A DNA stretch of 64,000 nucleotides, taken from the NCBI GenBank assembly GCA_025055975.1, contig JANWWM010000080.1, positions 3,635 through 67,634 on the forward strand. Reading direction: 5' to 3'. How positions within the stretch are numbered: the stretch's first letter is position 1; every line of letters starts with the position of its first letter. Positions 30,247 through 40,149 of the stretch are shown one piece after another. The notes under the pieces are model-generated. The model ran no database searches, had not been told where the DNA came from, and saw only the letters and a list, made by a program, of their open reading frames with translations. The stretch is from Chloroherpetonaceae bacterium (lineage in GTDB: Bacteria; Bacteroidota; Chlorobiia; Chlorobiales; Thermochlorobacteraceae). A program made the position numbers and the translations under genes.

Positions 30247-32271
30247 TTATGCGAAAAAGAGAAAGAGATTTTGAAGCCAAAACATTATGTTCATCGCCCA
30301 CTTCCAAAAACCTGTGGTTTCGGGCTTCGCGGTCAGGGCGTTGTTGTTGAGATTGACGTCGAGCAGATGCTTGTTTTCGGAATCGATGTAGGCGGCGACG
30401 GCTTTGGCGGACTTTTGAAATTCATAGACCTTGTAGCGCGCCACGCCGTCCCACACGTCGCGGAACTCCGAGCCATCGGAAAACTTGACGCGCACGTCCA
30501 TCGGCGCGATGGCTTCCTCTTTGCGTTCAAAGACGACCTTGATTCGATAATCGCCTTTCGCGTTTGTCTCGTCGTCGCTTGCGACGTTGGCTTCATCGTC
30601 CTCGTCGCTTGCGACATTGCTTATGCTTTGAACCGCGTAATCGAGCGCGACGGTCGAGTAAAGGAATTGCTCGAAGAACGGCGTGAAATCTTTGCCCGTA
30701 ACTTCATTGACGGTTCGAATGAAATCGCGCGTCGTGGGGTGTTTGAATTTGAATCGCTCGAAATAGGTTCGCATTACGGTTTTCATCAAGTCTTCGCCAA
30801 GAATGTTTTCGAGCGTGAGCATCATCGTGCCAGGTTTGTTGTAGGAGAAAGTGCCATAGCCGCCGCGCTTGTATGTCCAGACGGGCTTGACGATGGTGTC
30901 GCGCTTCGCGCTTTCGGGGCTTGAATAGGCTGAGCGCGATTGTTCCACGTCGCCGATTCGAATGCCGAGAAAATCAATCGCCGACGTTTTGTCGCCGAGC
31001 GCGGATTTCTTCCCCGATTCGCCCGCGTAGTAGCGGCGCATCACCGAGAGTTCGAGCCACGTGTTCATTCCTTCGTCGAGCCACGCTTCTTCGAACTCGT
31101 TGTTGGCAAGCATTCCGTAGAAGTATTGATGACCAAATTCGTGAACGGTTACGATTTCGGTCGTTTTGATTCCGAGCGGCAGTTTCCAAAACGTGCCTGC
31201 GGTGATGAAAGTCGGGTATTCCATTCCGCCCGCGCCGCCGCCGCCGTAGCACGGGTCGACAATCGTGAGCGTCGAGTAAGGATAAACGCCGAGCCATTCT
31301 TCCGCCCATTCGAGCGCATTCTTGACGGCGGCGAAATGTCGCTCCGCTTGGTCGGCGTGCTGCGGTTGCGAGAGAAAGATGAGCTTGACGCGATGTCCGT
31401 TTTTGCTTTGATACGAATCCTCGAAGACTTGGAACAAGGGCGAAGCCGTCCACGCGAAATCGTGCACGTCTTCTTGGTAATAGACGAGAGTTTTCTCTTC
31501 TCCTTGTTCGGTTTCGGATTGCAGAACTCCCGTCGCTCCGACGACGTAATTTTTCGGAACGGTTATCGAGACGCGATAGATGCCAAAGTCGGCGAAGAAT
31601 TCGGAGTTGCCGTGAAACTGATGGCAGTTCCATCGTCCTTGCGGCGCGGTGAGCGGAACGTATCGGTCGCCAGGGGCTTCATAAACGCCGATTTTCGGAA
31701 ACCATTGCGCCACGAGAAAGAACTTGCCATTGGCGGCGTAGCCCGTGCGCGCAAAAATTTTGGGTAGTTTGCTTTTGAACTTGATTTCGAGCTTCGCTTC
31801 GCCTTTGGGCAGAACGGGCGATGGCAGAAGAACCTGCGCGACGGTTTGGTCGTCTTTGTTGTCGTCGTCGGGCTGAATGAATCGAATTTGTTTCGTAAGG
31901 TCGATGTTCGTTTCGTTTCCGTTGAGCGAGAGCAGTTTCATCGATTCAATCTCAATCGAGCCCCACGCCATTTCGCCTTCGGCTTGGTCGAGCTTGACGC
32001 CGCGCAACTGCCCGCCCGATTCCTTGAAGAACGTGGATTTTTCGTTTTTGAAGGCGTTGAGGTAGAGATGGAATTGCAGGTCGGGAATCGCGTCGTTGGA
32101 ATGATTTTTCCACGAGAGGATTTCGGTTGCGTCGATGGTTCGTTTTTCCACGTCGAGCCTCGCCGTGATGTCGTAGTTGGCAAGGCGCGGCGAGAGCGGC
32201 GTTGGGAATTGCGTCTGCGCCTGAAGCGAGACGGCGAAAGAAAGGAACGAAACGGCGAGAGCGAGTTTCAT
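30247..32271 (-). CDS. Secreted M1 family zinc aminopeptidase
   Basis: Signal peptide 'MKLALAVSFLSFAVSLQAQ'; 'GGMEYP', 'HEFGH-x18-E', 'YNKPG'. Confidence 0.93.
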   Translation of the reverse strand: MKLALAVSFLSFAVSLQAQTQFPTPLSPRLANYDITARLDVEKRTIDATEILSWKNHSNDAIPDLQFHLYLNAFKNEKSTFFKESGGQLRGVKLDQAEGEMAWGSIEIESMKLLSLNGNETNIDLTKQIRFIQPDDDNKDDQTVAQVLLPSPVLPKGEAKLEIKFKSKLPKIFARTGYAANGKFFLVAQWFPKIGVYEAPGDRYVPLTAPQGRWNCHQFHGNSEFFADFGIYRVSITVPKNYVVGATGVLQSETEQGEEKTLVYYQEDVHDFAWTASPLFQVFEDSYQSKNGHRVKLIFLSQPQHADQAERHFAAVKNALEWAEEWLGVYPYSTLTIVDPCYGGGGAGGMEYPTFITAGTFWKLPLGIKTTEIVTVHEFGHQYFYGMLANNEFEEAWLDEGMNTWLELSVMRRYYAGESGKKSALGDKTSAIDFLGIRIGDVEQSRSAYSSPESAKRDTIVKPVWTYKRGGYGTFSYNKPGTMMLTLENILGEDLMKTVMRTYFERFKFKHPTTRDFIRTVNEVTGKDFTPFFEQFLYSTVALDYAVQSISNVASDEDDEANVASDDETNAKGDYRIKVVFERKEEAIAPMDVRVKFSDGSEFRDVWDGVARYKVYEFQKSAKAVAAYIDSENKHLLDVNLNNNALTAKPETTGFWKWAMNIMFWLQNLFLFFA

Positions 32272-32514
32272 CTTGGCGCGAATTCGCTTTGATTTCGTTG
32301 AAGCAAAACGCTTGATAATATACGGCGCGGAAGCCTTTTTGACGAGACGAAACGCGGTTTGACTCGTCCTCATCGGTCGTTGGCGCGCCCGCCACGAGCC
32401 TTTTTGCGAAGCGATGGCGATCGCCTTTGCGTCGCTCAAATCGAGCGAGCGTTGCTATATTGCGGTTCGAAACGCGCGGAGTTTTTTCATCAACGACAAA
32501 ACTGCGAACGAACA

Positions 32515-33042
32515 ATGGGCAAATCTCTTGCGCAACAAGCGGCTGAAAACAAGCCTACCCTTTGGGTGAATGTGAGTTTGATGTGGGGGACGGTCTTTTT
32601 CATCACCTCGATTTTCATGCTCAAACTCGCCACCGACGCGAGCTTTTCTCCCGATTTTCTCGATGCGCTCAAAGCGTATCCGTTTTATGTCGCCATGGTG
32701 ATTGCGGTCGCGCTTGGCGGTTACGGCGTGAATAGGCTCTACGACCCCAAGGGCGAAAAGCGCGCCAAGCGTCAAGCCGAAGTCAAGGCGGGATTGAAGG
32801 AGCAACTTTTCGTTTCTTTCACGGGAAGCGTTGCGACGGGCTTTGGCTTTTGCTTGCTCACGGCGTTGGCGTTTCTTTTCGCGCATTGGGCGTTTGCCGT
32901 CCCCGCCTCGTTTGACGCGAAAACGATTTTCCTCGCCTCGCTCTGCAATGTCGGCGCGGGCATTGGCGGCTCGCTTTTCACGGGACTCGTGTTCGTCGTC
33001 TTGAAAGCGATGGGCAAGTTTCCTGCGGAGCAATCCGCGTAA
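32515..33042 (+). CDS. Hypothetical 4-TM membrane protein
   Basis: Normal codon usage, four hydrophobic segments, TATATTGC promoter-like box at 32456. Confidence 0.7.
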   Translation: MGKSLAQQAAENKPTLWVNVSLMWGTVFFITSIFMLKLATDASFSPDFLDALKAYPFYVAMVIAVALGGYGVNRLYDPKGEKRAKRQAEVKAGLKEQLFVSFTGSVATGFGFCLLTALAFLFAHWAFAVPASFDAKTIFLASLCNVGAGIGGSLFTGLVFVVLKAMGKFPAEQSA

Positions 33043-33073
33043 TTTTTCAAACTCTAACCTTCGTTTAACCGCA

Positions 33074-33991
33074 ATGGCATCGCTTATTCTTCTCGCCGTG
33101 ATTTTGCTCGTCATCAGTTTCACGGCAGGCTCGTTCAATCCGGGAATGCAACGCTTTGCGAGCGCGTTTCGGATTGGCGGAATCATTTTGTTGCTGATTG
33201 GTCTTTCGTCGGCGGCGTTTCGCGTCATTCAGCCCGGAATGGTCGGCGTGCAGGTCTTTCTCGGAAAAATTCAAGGCGAACCGCTTTCCGAAGGATTGAA
33301 CCTTATCATTCCGTTTGCGACCGTCGACGAATACGACGTGAAGACGCGCAAAATCACCTTTTCGAGCAGCGAGGGCGAGAGCGGCGATGGGGGCGGCGCG
33401 ATCGAAGTGTTGAGCGCCGACGGGCTTTCGGTTACGATCGATATGACGCTCAACTACAAACTCAATCCCGCCGAAGTTACGCGCATTCGAAAAGAGTTGG
33501 GACCAGGCACCGCCTATGTAGATGTCATCGTCGTTCCGACGGCGCGCACGCGCATCCGAGAAAACGCCGCCAATTACAACGCCGTCGAACTCTACTCCGC
33601 CAAACGCGAGGAATTTCAAAGCCGAATCTACCAAGACATTCGGCGCGACTTTGAAAAGCGCGGCATCATCTTGGAAGAACTCCTGATTCGCAACATTTCT
33701 CTGCCCCCTTCGGTCAAAGCCGCCATTGAAGCCAAAATCAACGCCGAACAAGAGGCGCAAAAAATGCAGTTCGTTCTGCAAAAAGAACAGCAAGAAGCCG
33801 AGCGCAAGCGCGTCGAAGCGCAAGGCATCGCCGATTATCAAACCATCATTAGCCGCTCTCTGACCGACAAGCAACTGCAATACGAGCAAATCAAAGCGAT
33901 GCAAGAACTCGTCAAGTCGCCCAATTCCAAAGTGATTTTTATGGGCGGCGGCAAGGGCGCGGGCGCGTCGGTTCTGATTGGCGGCAATTAG
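33074..33991 (+). CDS. SPFH / prohibitin / band-7 family protein
   Basis: N-terminal TMs, 'VLSADGLSV', 'LIRNISLP..VKAAIEAKINAEQEAQ', EA-rich coiled coil. Confidence 0.93.
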   Translation: MASLILLAVILLVISFTAGSFNPGMQRFASAFRIGGIILLLIGLSSAAFRVIQPGMVGVQVFLGKIQGEPLSEGLNLIIPFATVDEYDVKTRKITFSSSEGESGDGGGAIEVLSADGLSVTIDMTLNYKLNPAEVTRIRKELGPGTAYVDVIVVPTARTRIRENAANYNAVELYSAKREEFQSRIYQDIRRDFEKRGIILEELLIRNISLPPSVKAAIEAKINAEQEAQKMQFVLQKEQQEAERKRVEAQGIADYQTIISRSLTDKQLQYEQIKAMQELVKSPNSKVIFMGGGKGAGASVLIGGN

Positions 33992-34032
33992 AACCGCGCG
34001 GCGAAATTGATATTTTCGCTCAACGCATTCGT

Positions 34033-34059
34033 GGATTCCTCGCTGCGCTCGGAATGACG
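34033..34059 (-). repeat. CGTC-type REP-like palindrome, copy 3
   Basis: ggattcctcgctgcgctcggaatgacg (reverse orientation), between convergent genes. Confidence 0.8.
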
Positions 34060-34104
34060 ATGCGAGAAGCGATGATGCTCTTGCATTCTGAACGGAGCGC
34101 CAAT

Positions 34105-35820
34105 TCACTCCGCTTTCAAATCCCGCAGACGCAACTGAATGACGCTTTGTCCATTCCACCCGTTTTCCTCGACGGAATAGACGAGACTGAACGTTTTGTT
34201 CGGATCTCTCAGCGCCTCGTAATGATGCGACATATCGAATCCAATCACGTCAAACGTTCTGCCTTGCGCGTCTTTGACGGCGAATTTGACGTGTTTGTCT
34301 TTCAGCAATTTTGGCGGCGATGAAGGTTTGACGTTTCGGGTCAGAAATATCGGGTGCATATTGCCTGGTCCGCACGGCTCAAAGCGCTTCAAGACTTTGT
34401 AGAAGTTTGGCGTGATTTGCTCCAAGCGCATTTCTGCGTCAATGCAAAGGGCGGGCGCGCGCAGTTCCATATCCAAATTTTCGGCGCAATGCTTGTCAAA
34501 AGCGGCTCTGAACCCGTCCAATTGCTCTATGCGCATTGAAAGACCCGCCGCCATTTCGTGCCCGCCGAATTGAAGCAAATGCGTCTGAGAATTGGCGATC
34601 GCTTTGAAGATGTTGAACCCTGCGACGCTTCGCGCCGAGCCTTTGAGGATGCCGTCGCCCGACGATGTAAGAATGATTGTCGGCAGATAAAAACGCTCCA
34701 CGACGCGCGAGGCGACGATGCCAATCACGCCCAAGTGCCATTCGGGCTTGTAGAGCACGATGGACGAAGAATATTGAACGAGCAGTCTGGTCGCGTCTTC
34801 TTCGGCTTCCTCGAAAATTTCTTCGTCGATTCTTTTTCTTTCCTCGTTCAATTTGCCCAAGAGTTCCGCCGCTTTTTTGGCTTCGTCTTCGGTTTCGGCG
34901 GTGAGCAACTTTATCGCTTCGCGGGCGTGGTCTAATCGCCCCGCCGCGTTGATTCTTGGGCTAAGTTGAAAAACGATTTGAGACGCGGTCGTTTCTTCAA
35001 TGTTTATTCTCGAAATTTCCGCCAACGCTTTGAGCGGCGCTCGTTTGGCGTTTTGCACGCGACGGATGCCTTCCGCCATCAACGCGCGATTTTCTTTGAC
35101 CATCGGCACGATGTCGGCGGCGATGGCGAGCGCGACGAAATCCAAAAATTCAAACGCGGCTTCTTTGTTTATTCCGCGAAGTTCGCATATCGCGCACGCG
35201 AGTTTGAACGCCACGCCGCATCCCGACAACTCCTTGAACGGATAGCCGCACCCTTCTCGCTTCGCGTCCAAGACGGCGAGCGCGTCGGGCAGTTCTTCTT
35301 TGGCTTCGTGGTGGTCGCAAACAATCACGTCGATTCCATTTTGCTTGGCGTATTGGATAGGTTCTATCGCCGTAACGCCGCAATCTACGGTGATGATAAG
35401 TTTCGCGTTTTGCGCGATGGCGTAGTTAATGCCCGTGCGCGCGACGCCGTAGCCCTCGATTTTTCTATCATTGACGTAGAAGATGACGTCCGCGCCAAGT
35501 CTTTTCAGAAAGAGCGTCAAAAGCGACGTGCCCGTCGTGCCATCGACGTCGTAATCGCCGTAAATCAAAATTTTTTCGCTCTTGTCAATCGCCCGCGAGA
35601 TTCGCTCCGCCGCCTCTCGCATTCCCTTCATCAAAAAGGGCGAATGAAATTGCTCTGCCGATGGGCAAAAAAAGGCTTTGGCTTCGTCGAAATTCGAAAC
35701 GCCGCGATTGACGAGCGCTCTGGCGATGGGTTCGCTGGCGTTGATGTCGCGCATTAGCGTTTCTACTTTTTCTCTTTCGGGTTCGAGCAGAATCCAACGA
35801 TATGATTTTGGTCGCGTCAT
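34105..35820 (-). CDS. recJ: ssDNA-specific exonuclease RecJ
   Basis: 'YGDYDVDG', 'TVDCG', 'DHH', 'PRINAAGRL', 'GSARS', 'FGGHEMAAG'. Confidence 0.97.
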   Translation of the reverse strand: MTRPKSYRWILLEPEREKVETLMRDINASEPIARALVNRGVSNFDEAKAFFCPSAEQFHSPFLMKGMREAAERISRAIDKSEKILIYGDYDVDGTTGTSLLTLFLKRLGADVIFYVNDRKIEGYGVARTGINYAIAQNAKLIITVDCGVTAIEPIQYAKQNGIDVIVCDHHEAKEELPDALAVLDAKREGCGYPFKELSGCGVAFKLACAICELRGINKEAAFEFLDFVALAIAADIVPMVKENRALMAEGIRRVQNAKRAPLKALAEISRINIEETTASQIVFQLSPRINAAGRLDHAREAIKLLTAETEDEAKKAAELLGKLNEERKRIDEEIFEEAEEDATRLLVQYSSSIVLYKPEWHLGVIGIVASRVVERFYLPTIILTSSGDGILKGSARSVAGFNIFKAIANSQTHLLQFGGHEMAAGLSMRIEQLDGFRAAFDKHCAENLDMELRAPALCIDAEMRLEQITPNFYKVLKRFEPCGPGNMHPIFLTRNVKPSSPPKLLKDKHVKFAVKDAQGRTFDVIGFDMSHHYEALRDPNKTFSLVYSVEENGWNGQSVIQLRLRDLKAE

Positions 35821-35849
35821 TTTTCGGAATGGGGCGTTTTTGACGAAAC

Positions 35850-35878
35850 AAAAAGCGTCGGAACGAAACCGACGCTTT
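35850..35878 (-). terminator. Terminator after the AT-hook protein gene
   Basis: aaagcgtcgg-N-ccgacgcttt stem with a T-run on the minus strand. Confidence 0.65.
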
Positions 35879-35911
35879 CAAGATAACGATAAGTTGCGAA
35901 ACTTTCTCGCG

Positions 35912-36646
35912 CTACTCGCTCGCCAGCGATTTGATGAGTTCCGCCGCGAAGCGCTTGCCGTCTTCGTTGAGTTCGAGTCGCTCTTGAAGATTGAACACGC
36001 TGAACAAGTTTTGACGACGCTCCAAGTTCGTCTTGACGTTCGTGTCCAAAATTCCGAACTCTTTATACTCTTGCTTGATTTCGTCGATTGACGCGCTAAA
36101 CGAACCGTTGGCGAGCGCGTTGGCGACGATTCGGAGCACGGCGGCGTTGAGTTGCGCTTCGGACTTTTTGTTCGTGCCGAGTCGCATGTATTTTCCGACG
36201 ATGCCGCGCTCGGTGTAGGCGTATAATTTTTTCAGCGCGTCGGCTCCGACTTGATGCGCGCTCATAAATTGCCCCACGTTGTCAAACGGCAATTCTCCGA
36301 TTTCTACGACTTGCGCCGATTCAACGGGCGTTCGCTCGAGCGCGGACGCGCTACTCACTGTTTTTTTTTTCTCTTTTTCCGCCTTTGGCTTGCGACCGCG
36401 CCTTTTTTTCTCGACGACTTCTTCCGTTTCCGCCTTCGCCTTTGGTTTTCGTCCCCTTCTTTTCTGTTCAGGCTGCGCTTCAACGGTAGCGATTTCTGGC
36501 TCCGCTTCAAACGCACCGTTCTTTTCGACGGTCATCAGCGCATGATCGATGAGCGCGCGCAGAACCTCGTTGCGCTTTTCTCCCGCTTGGTCAGCCGCTT
36601 CTAAAATTTCGGGGAGAAGATGCGCGATTTTCTTATACCCTGCCAT
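35912..36646 (-). CDS. Hypothetical DNA-binding protein with two AT-hook-like motifs
   Basis: 'KRRGRKPKAKAE' and 'KRRGRKPKAEKE'; own promoter and terminator. Confidence 0.75.
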   Translation of the reverse strand: MAGYKKIAHLLPEILEAADQAGEKRNEVLRALIDHALMTVEKNGAFEAEPEIATVEAQPEQKRRGRKPKAKAETEEVVEKKRRGRKPKAEKEKKKTVSSASALERTPVESAQVVEIGELPFDNVGQFMSAHQVGADALKKLYAYTERGIVGKYMRLGTNKKSEAQLNAAVLRIVANALANGSFSASIDEIKQEYKEFGILDTNVKTNLERRQNLFSVFNLQERLELNEDGKRFAAELIKSLASE

Positions 36647-36714
36647 TTTCGTTTCTTTCGATTTGCGTTGATAATTTTTCCGAAAATATAACGAGCATGA
36701 AAAGTTAGAACGCG

Positions 36715-36744
36715 CAAATATAAGTTCTTTTCTCGCAAATGCAA
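36715..36744 (-). promoter_or_regulatory. Promoter TTG-N19-TATATTTG (Bacteroidota -33/-7 consensus)
   Basis: Minus strand TTGcatttgcgagaaaagaactTATATTTG, about 70 nt upstream of ATG 36646. Confidence 0.6.
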
Positions 36745-36922
36745 CTCTATTTCTCCGAATTTTCGGTTTTGAGAGACCCTAATTTTTGGGAATTAGAGCG
36801 CGCTGAAACAAGCCAATCTTCTTCTGAACGGGGCGACGCGAAGAATTCATAACCCCCGACTTTCTGACTATGTCGGAATCGTTCCCCTATTCTTGCGCAA
36901 GGCGATGGGTTAGAGGCGAGGC

Positions 36923-36949
36923 AGATTCCCCGCTACGCTCGAAATGACG
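36923..36949 (-). repeat. CGTC-type REP-like palindrome, copy 4 (degenerate)
   Basis: agattccccgctacgctcgaaatgacg. Confidence 0.65.
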
Positions 36950-37105
36950 AGAGAAAACGCTCTGAAACGACAAGGCGGAACGCTCGGAGCGACAAATTAT
37001 CTTTTTCTCATTCTGAATCTTGGCGAGCGCTCGGCTATGCGCGGACGGTCGCGGGACAAACGTCTTCGTCATCTTAAACGACGACGAGAGAAACGAGACG
37101 ATTCG

Positions 37106-37133
37106 ATTCGCAATCAACGATTCGAAATTCGCC
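37106..37133. repeat. Degenerate 7-bp tandem array (4 units)
   Basis: attcgca-atcaacg-attcgaa-attcgcc. Confidence 0.45.
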
Positions 37134-37137
37134 CTTT

Positions 37138-37164
37138 GGATTCCTTGCGTCGCTCGGAATGACG
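37138..37164 (-). repeat. CGTC-type REP-like palindrome, copy 5
   Basis: ggattccttgcgtcgctcggaatgacg. Confidence 0.7.
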
Positions 37165-37366
37165 AGCCATCGCGGCTTTTCCGCTCGCTCGTCGCGCGCT
37201 TCCGTTGGCGACCTTGCGTTTTTCGCAATCGCTTTCGCCGCTCGCCGAAGCCTTGACGAGTTTCATTTGGCGTTGCGAATGAAATCCGTAAATTCGTTTC
37301 GCTGAACTTTAACCTTATCAATCGTCTTTCAACGGAACTCCAATTCAACTTGACAAGGGAGCAACT

Positions 37367-38449
37367 ATGAGCGAGTTAATCACGATTGAACGCCACATCA
37401 TCGAGCAACAAAAGAAGTATCCCTCGGCGACGGGCGAATTTTCTCAACTGTTGGCGGACGTGACGTTTGCGGCGAAGTTGGTTCGACGCGAGGTGATTCG
37501 GGCGGGATTGGTCGACATTCTCGGCGCGCACGGCTCGAAAAACGTGCAGGGCGAGGAAGTCAAAAAACTGGACGTGTTCGCCAACGAAAAGTTCATTCAA
37601 GCCATCGGACATCACGGGCGTTTCGCCGTGATGGGTTCGGAAGAATCGGAAGGCATCATCACGCCCCCCGAAGGCAAAGCGTCAGGGAAATATGTGTTGT
37701 TGTTCGATCCGTTAGATGGCTCTTCGAACATTGACGCGAACGTTTCCGTTGGCACGATCTTCTCCATTTACAAGCGCGTTTCCGACCCCGCCAGCGGTCC
37801 GGGCACGCTTCAAGATTGCTTGCAAAAAGGCTCGCAACAAGTCGCCGCAGGCTACGTGATTTACGGCTCGTCGGTGATGCTCGTCTACACGACGGGACAA
37901 GGCGTTCACGGTTTCACGTTAGACCCGACCATTGGGGAATTTTTGCTTTCGCACGAGAACATCGTTACGCCGAAGCGAGGGAAAATTTATTCCATCAACG
38001 AAGGCTACTACCGCTACTTTTTCGACGGCATCAAGAAATACATCAAGTATCTGCAACAAGAAGACAAGGCGACGGGTCGTCCCTACTCGGCGCGCTACAT
38101 CGGCTCTCTCGTCGCCGATTTTCACCGCAATTTGCTCTACGGCGGCATTTTCATTTATCCGCGCACGAAGAAAGCGCCGAATGGCAAATTGCGTCTGCTC
38201 TACGAAGCCAATCCCCTCGCGTTCATCTGCGAACAAGCGGGCGGCAGAGCCACTGATGGTTATCGGCGCATCTTGGACATCGAGCCTGAAAGCCTGCATC
38301 AACGCACGCCGCTTTTCATCGGAAGCGAAGAAGACGTGCGCATCGCCGAAGAGTTCGAGCAAGGCTTGCGCGAGCTAGAGCACGACACGGAACTTATCCC
38401 CAAAATGCTCGCCGAAGTCAAAAAAGCCGAATCGCTTTTGGTCAAATAA
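37367..38449 (+). CDS. fbp: Fructose-1,6-bisphosphatase class I
   Basis: '[12 protein letters not shown]', '[11 protein letters not shown]', '[12 protein letters not shown]', '[11 protein letters not shown]'; AAGGGAG SD. Confidence 0.97.
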   Translation: MSELITIERHIIEQQKKYPSATGEFSQLLADVTFAAKLVRREVIRAGLVDILGAHGSKNVQGEEVKKLDVFANEKFIQAIGHHGRFAVMGSEESEGIITPPEGKASGKYVLLFDPLDGSSNIDANVSVGTIFSIYKRVSDPASGPGTLQDCLQKGSQQVAAGYVIYGSSVMLVYTTGQGVHGFTLDPTIGEFLLSHENIVTPKRGKIYSINEGYYRYFFDGIKKYIKYLQQEDKATGRPYSARYIGSLVADFHRNLLYGGIFIYPRTKKAPNGKLRLLYEANPLAFICEQAGGRATDGYRRILDIEPESLHQRTPLFIGSEEDVRIAEEFEQGLRELEHDTELIPKMLAEVKKAESLLVK

Positions 38450-38574
38450 CGCTTGGAATGCTTGTTTTTGAGAGCGCGGGCTTGCCCGTTCCCGCGCTTC
38501 GATTTGCGCTTGAAGACGCGACGCCGTTCGCAGTCGCGCCTTTTTGCGTATCTTCGCGCCCAAACTTTACGCCA

Positions 38575-39348
38575 ATGTTTAGCGACGCGCACGCGCATCT
38601 TTCCTATCCGCAATACGACGACGATCGCGACGAGATTGTCAAGCGTCTTCAAGACCATCGCGTCTCTCTCGTCATCAATCCTGGCACCGATGTCGAAACG
38701 AGTCGCAACGCCATTGAGCTTGCCAAGTCGTTGCCCTTTGTTTATGCCAACGTAGGACTTCACCCCGACGACGCCAATCGTTTCGACCCAAGCGATTTCG
38801 ACACGCTCGAATCGCTTTCGCATTGCGAAAAGGTTGTCGCCATCGGAGAAATCGGACTGGATTATCACTACCCCGACCACGACAAGAAGCGCCAAGAAGA
38901 GTGTTTCCGCGAGATGTTGCGCATGGCGAAACGGCGCGACTTGCCCGTCGTCATTCACTCGCGCGACGCTTGGGACGACACGTTCAGAATCTTGGAAGAG
39001 GAAAAATCTTCCAACCTTCGCGGAATGATGCATTGCTTTTCGGGCGGCATTGAAGAAGCGGAACGATGCTTGCGATTGGGCTTCAAAATTTCCATTCCCG
39101 GCATCGTTACGTTCAAAAAGTCGAACTTGCCCGACGTCGTGGCGCAATTGTCGCTCGACGACATTTTGACCGAGACCGATTGTCCGTGGCTTGCGCCCGT
39201 TCCGCATCGCGGCAAACGCAACGAACCCGCTTTCGTCGTGGAGGTCGCCAAGAAAATCGCTGACATCAAGGGCGTTAGCGTCGAGCTTGTGGCGGAAAAG
39301 GTTTTTCGGAATCTTGTTTCCTTGATGCAAATCCAAACATCAGACTAA
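38575..39348 (+). CDS. tatD: TatD family DNase
   Basis: 'DAHAHL', 'GLHP', 'IGEIGLDY', 'IHSR', 'HCFSG', 'ETDCPWLAP'. Confidence 0.95.
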   Translation: MFSDAHAHLSYPQYDDDRDEIVKRLQDHRVSLVINPGTDVETSRNAIELAKSLPFVYANVGLHPDDANRFDPSDFDTLESLSHCEKVVAIGEIGLDYHYPDHDKKRQEECFREMLRMAKRRDLPVVIHSRDAWDDTFRILEEEKSSNLRGMMHCFSGGIEEAERCLRLGFKISIPGIVTFKKSNLPDVVAQLSLDDILTETDCPWLAPVPHRGKRNEPAFVVEVAKKIADIKGVSVELVAEKVFRNLVSLMQIQTSD

Positions 39349-40149
39349 ATGAAGCGCTTTCTCGTCGCGTTTCTTTTTTCGCTCTCGTTTCTTGGGTGCG
39401 CGTCTCTGAGTCGCTCTCTGAATTTCTTTTCGCTTGAAGACGACGTGCTTCTCGGTCGCCAAGCCGACGCGCAGCTCAAAGCCGACGCTCGTTACCGTTT
39501 TCTCAAACCAACCGATAGAAACTATCAAGCGATTGTTGACTACGTCAATCGCGTCAAGGACAAACTTCTGCAAGCCAATCAGATTCCTCACGAGGAAGCG
39601 TTTGATTATCGCGTTCAAGTCATCAACGACGACGTGATTAACGCTTTTGCGACGGCGGGCGGTTACGTGTATGTCTACACGGGCATTATGAAGTTTTTGG
39701 ACAACGAGGCGCAGTTGGCGGGCGTTTTGGCTCACGAGATTGCCCACGTGGCGCATCGGCACGGCTCCAATCAGATGGCGTTCAAGGGCATTACGCGCTC
39801 CGTCTTGGCGGAAGCCTTGAAGGGCAAAAGCCAAGCCGTTCAAGCGTTGGCGGGCATTGGCTACGAACTGGCGATGCTTTCATACAGCCGCGAAGACGAA
39901 AATCAAGCCGACGAATCGGGCGCGCTTTGGATGAGCAAAACCGATTACAACCCTTACGAGTCGCAAGCCTTTTTCAAGAAAATCCGCGAGCTTAAAAACG
40001 CGCCGAACCCGCCCGAATTTCTTTCCACGCACCCGAATCCCGAAAATCGCATCGCCAACATTGAGCGCGTCTTGCGCGCCATCAACGCCAAGAACGACGG
40101 CGCTCTCTACGAGCGCGAATACCGCGAGTTCAAAAAGTTGCTTCCGTAG
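39349..40149 (+). CDS. M48 family metalloprotease lipoprotein (YggG/LoiP-like)
   Basis: Lipobox 'FLGC'; 'INAFA..GG.VYV', 'HEIAH', 'YSREDENQAD', 'FLSTHP'. Confidence 0.93.
   Translation: MKRFLVAFLFSLSFLGCASLSRSLNFFSLEDDVLLGRQADAQLKADARYRFLKPTDRNYQAIVDYVNRVKDKLLQANQIPHEEAFDYRVQVINDDVINAFATAGGYVYVYTGIMKFLDNEAQLAGVLAHEIAHVAHRHGSNQMAFKGITRSVLAEALKGKSQAVQALAGIGYELAMLSYSREDENQADESGALWMSKTDYNPYESQAFFKKIRELKNAPNPPEFLSTHPNPENRIANIERVLRAINAKNDGALYEREYREFKKLLP

Noticed and set aside
36780..36950. 6S RNA, SRP RNA, tmRNA or a riboswitch
   Set aside because: No diagnostic motif is recognisable, and the segments are better explained as degenerate repeats. A covariance search is needed.
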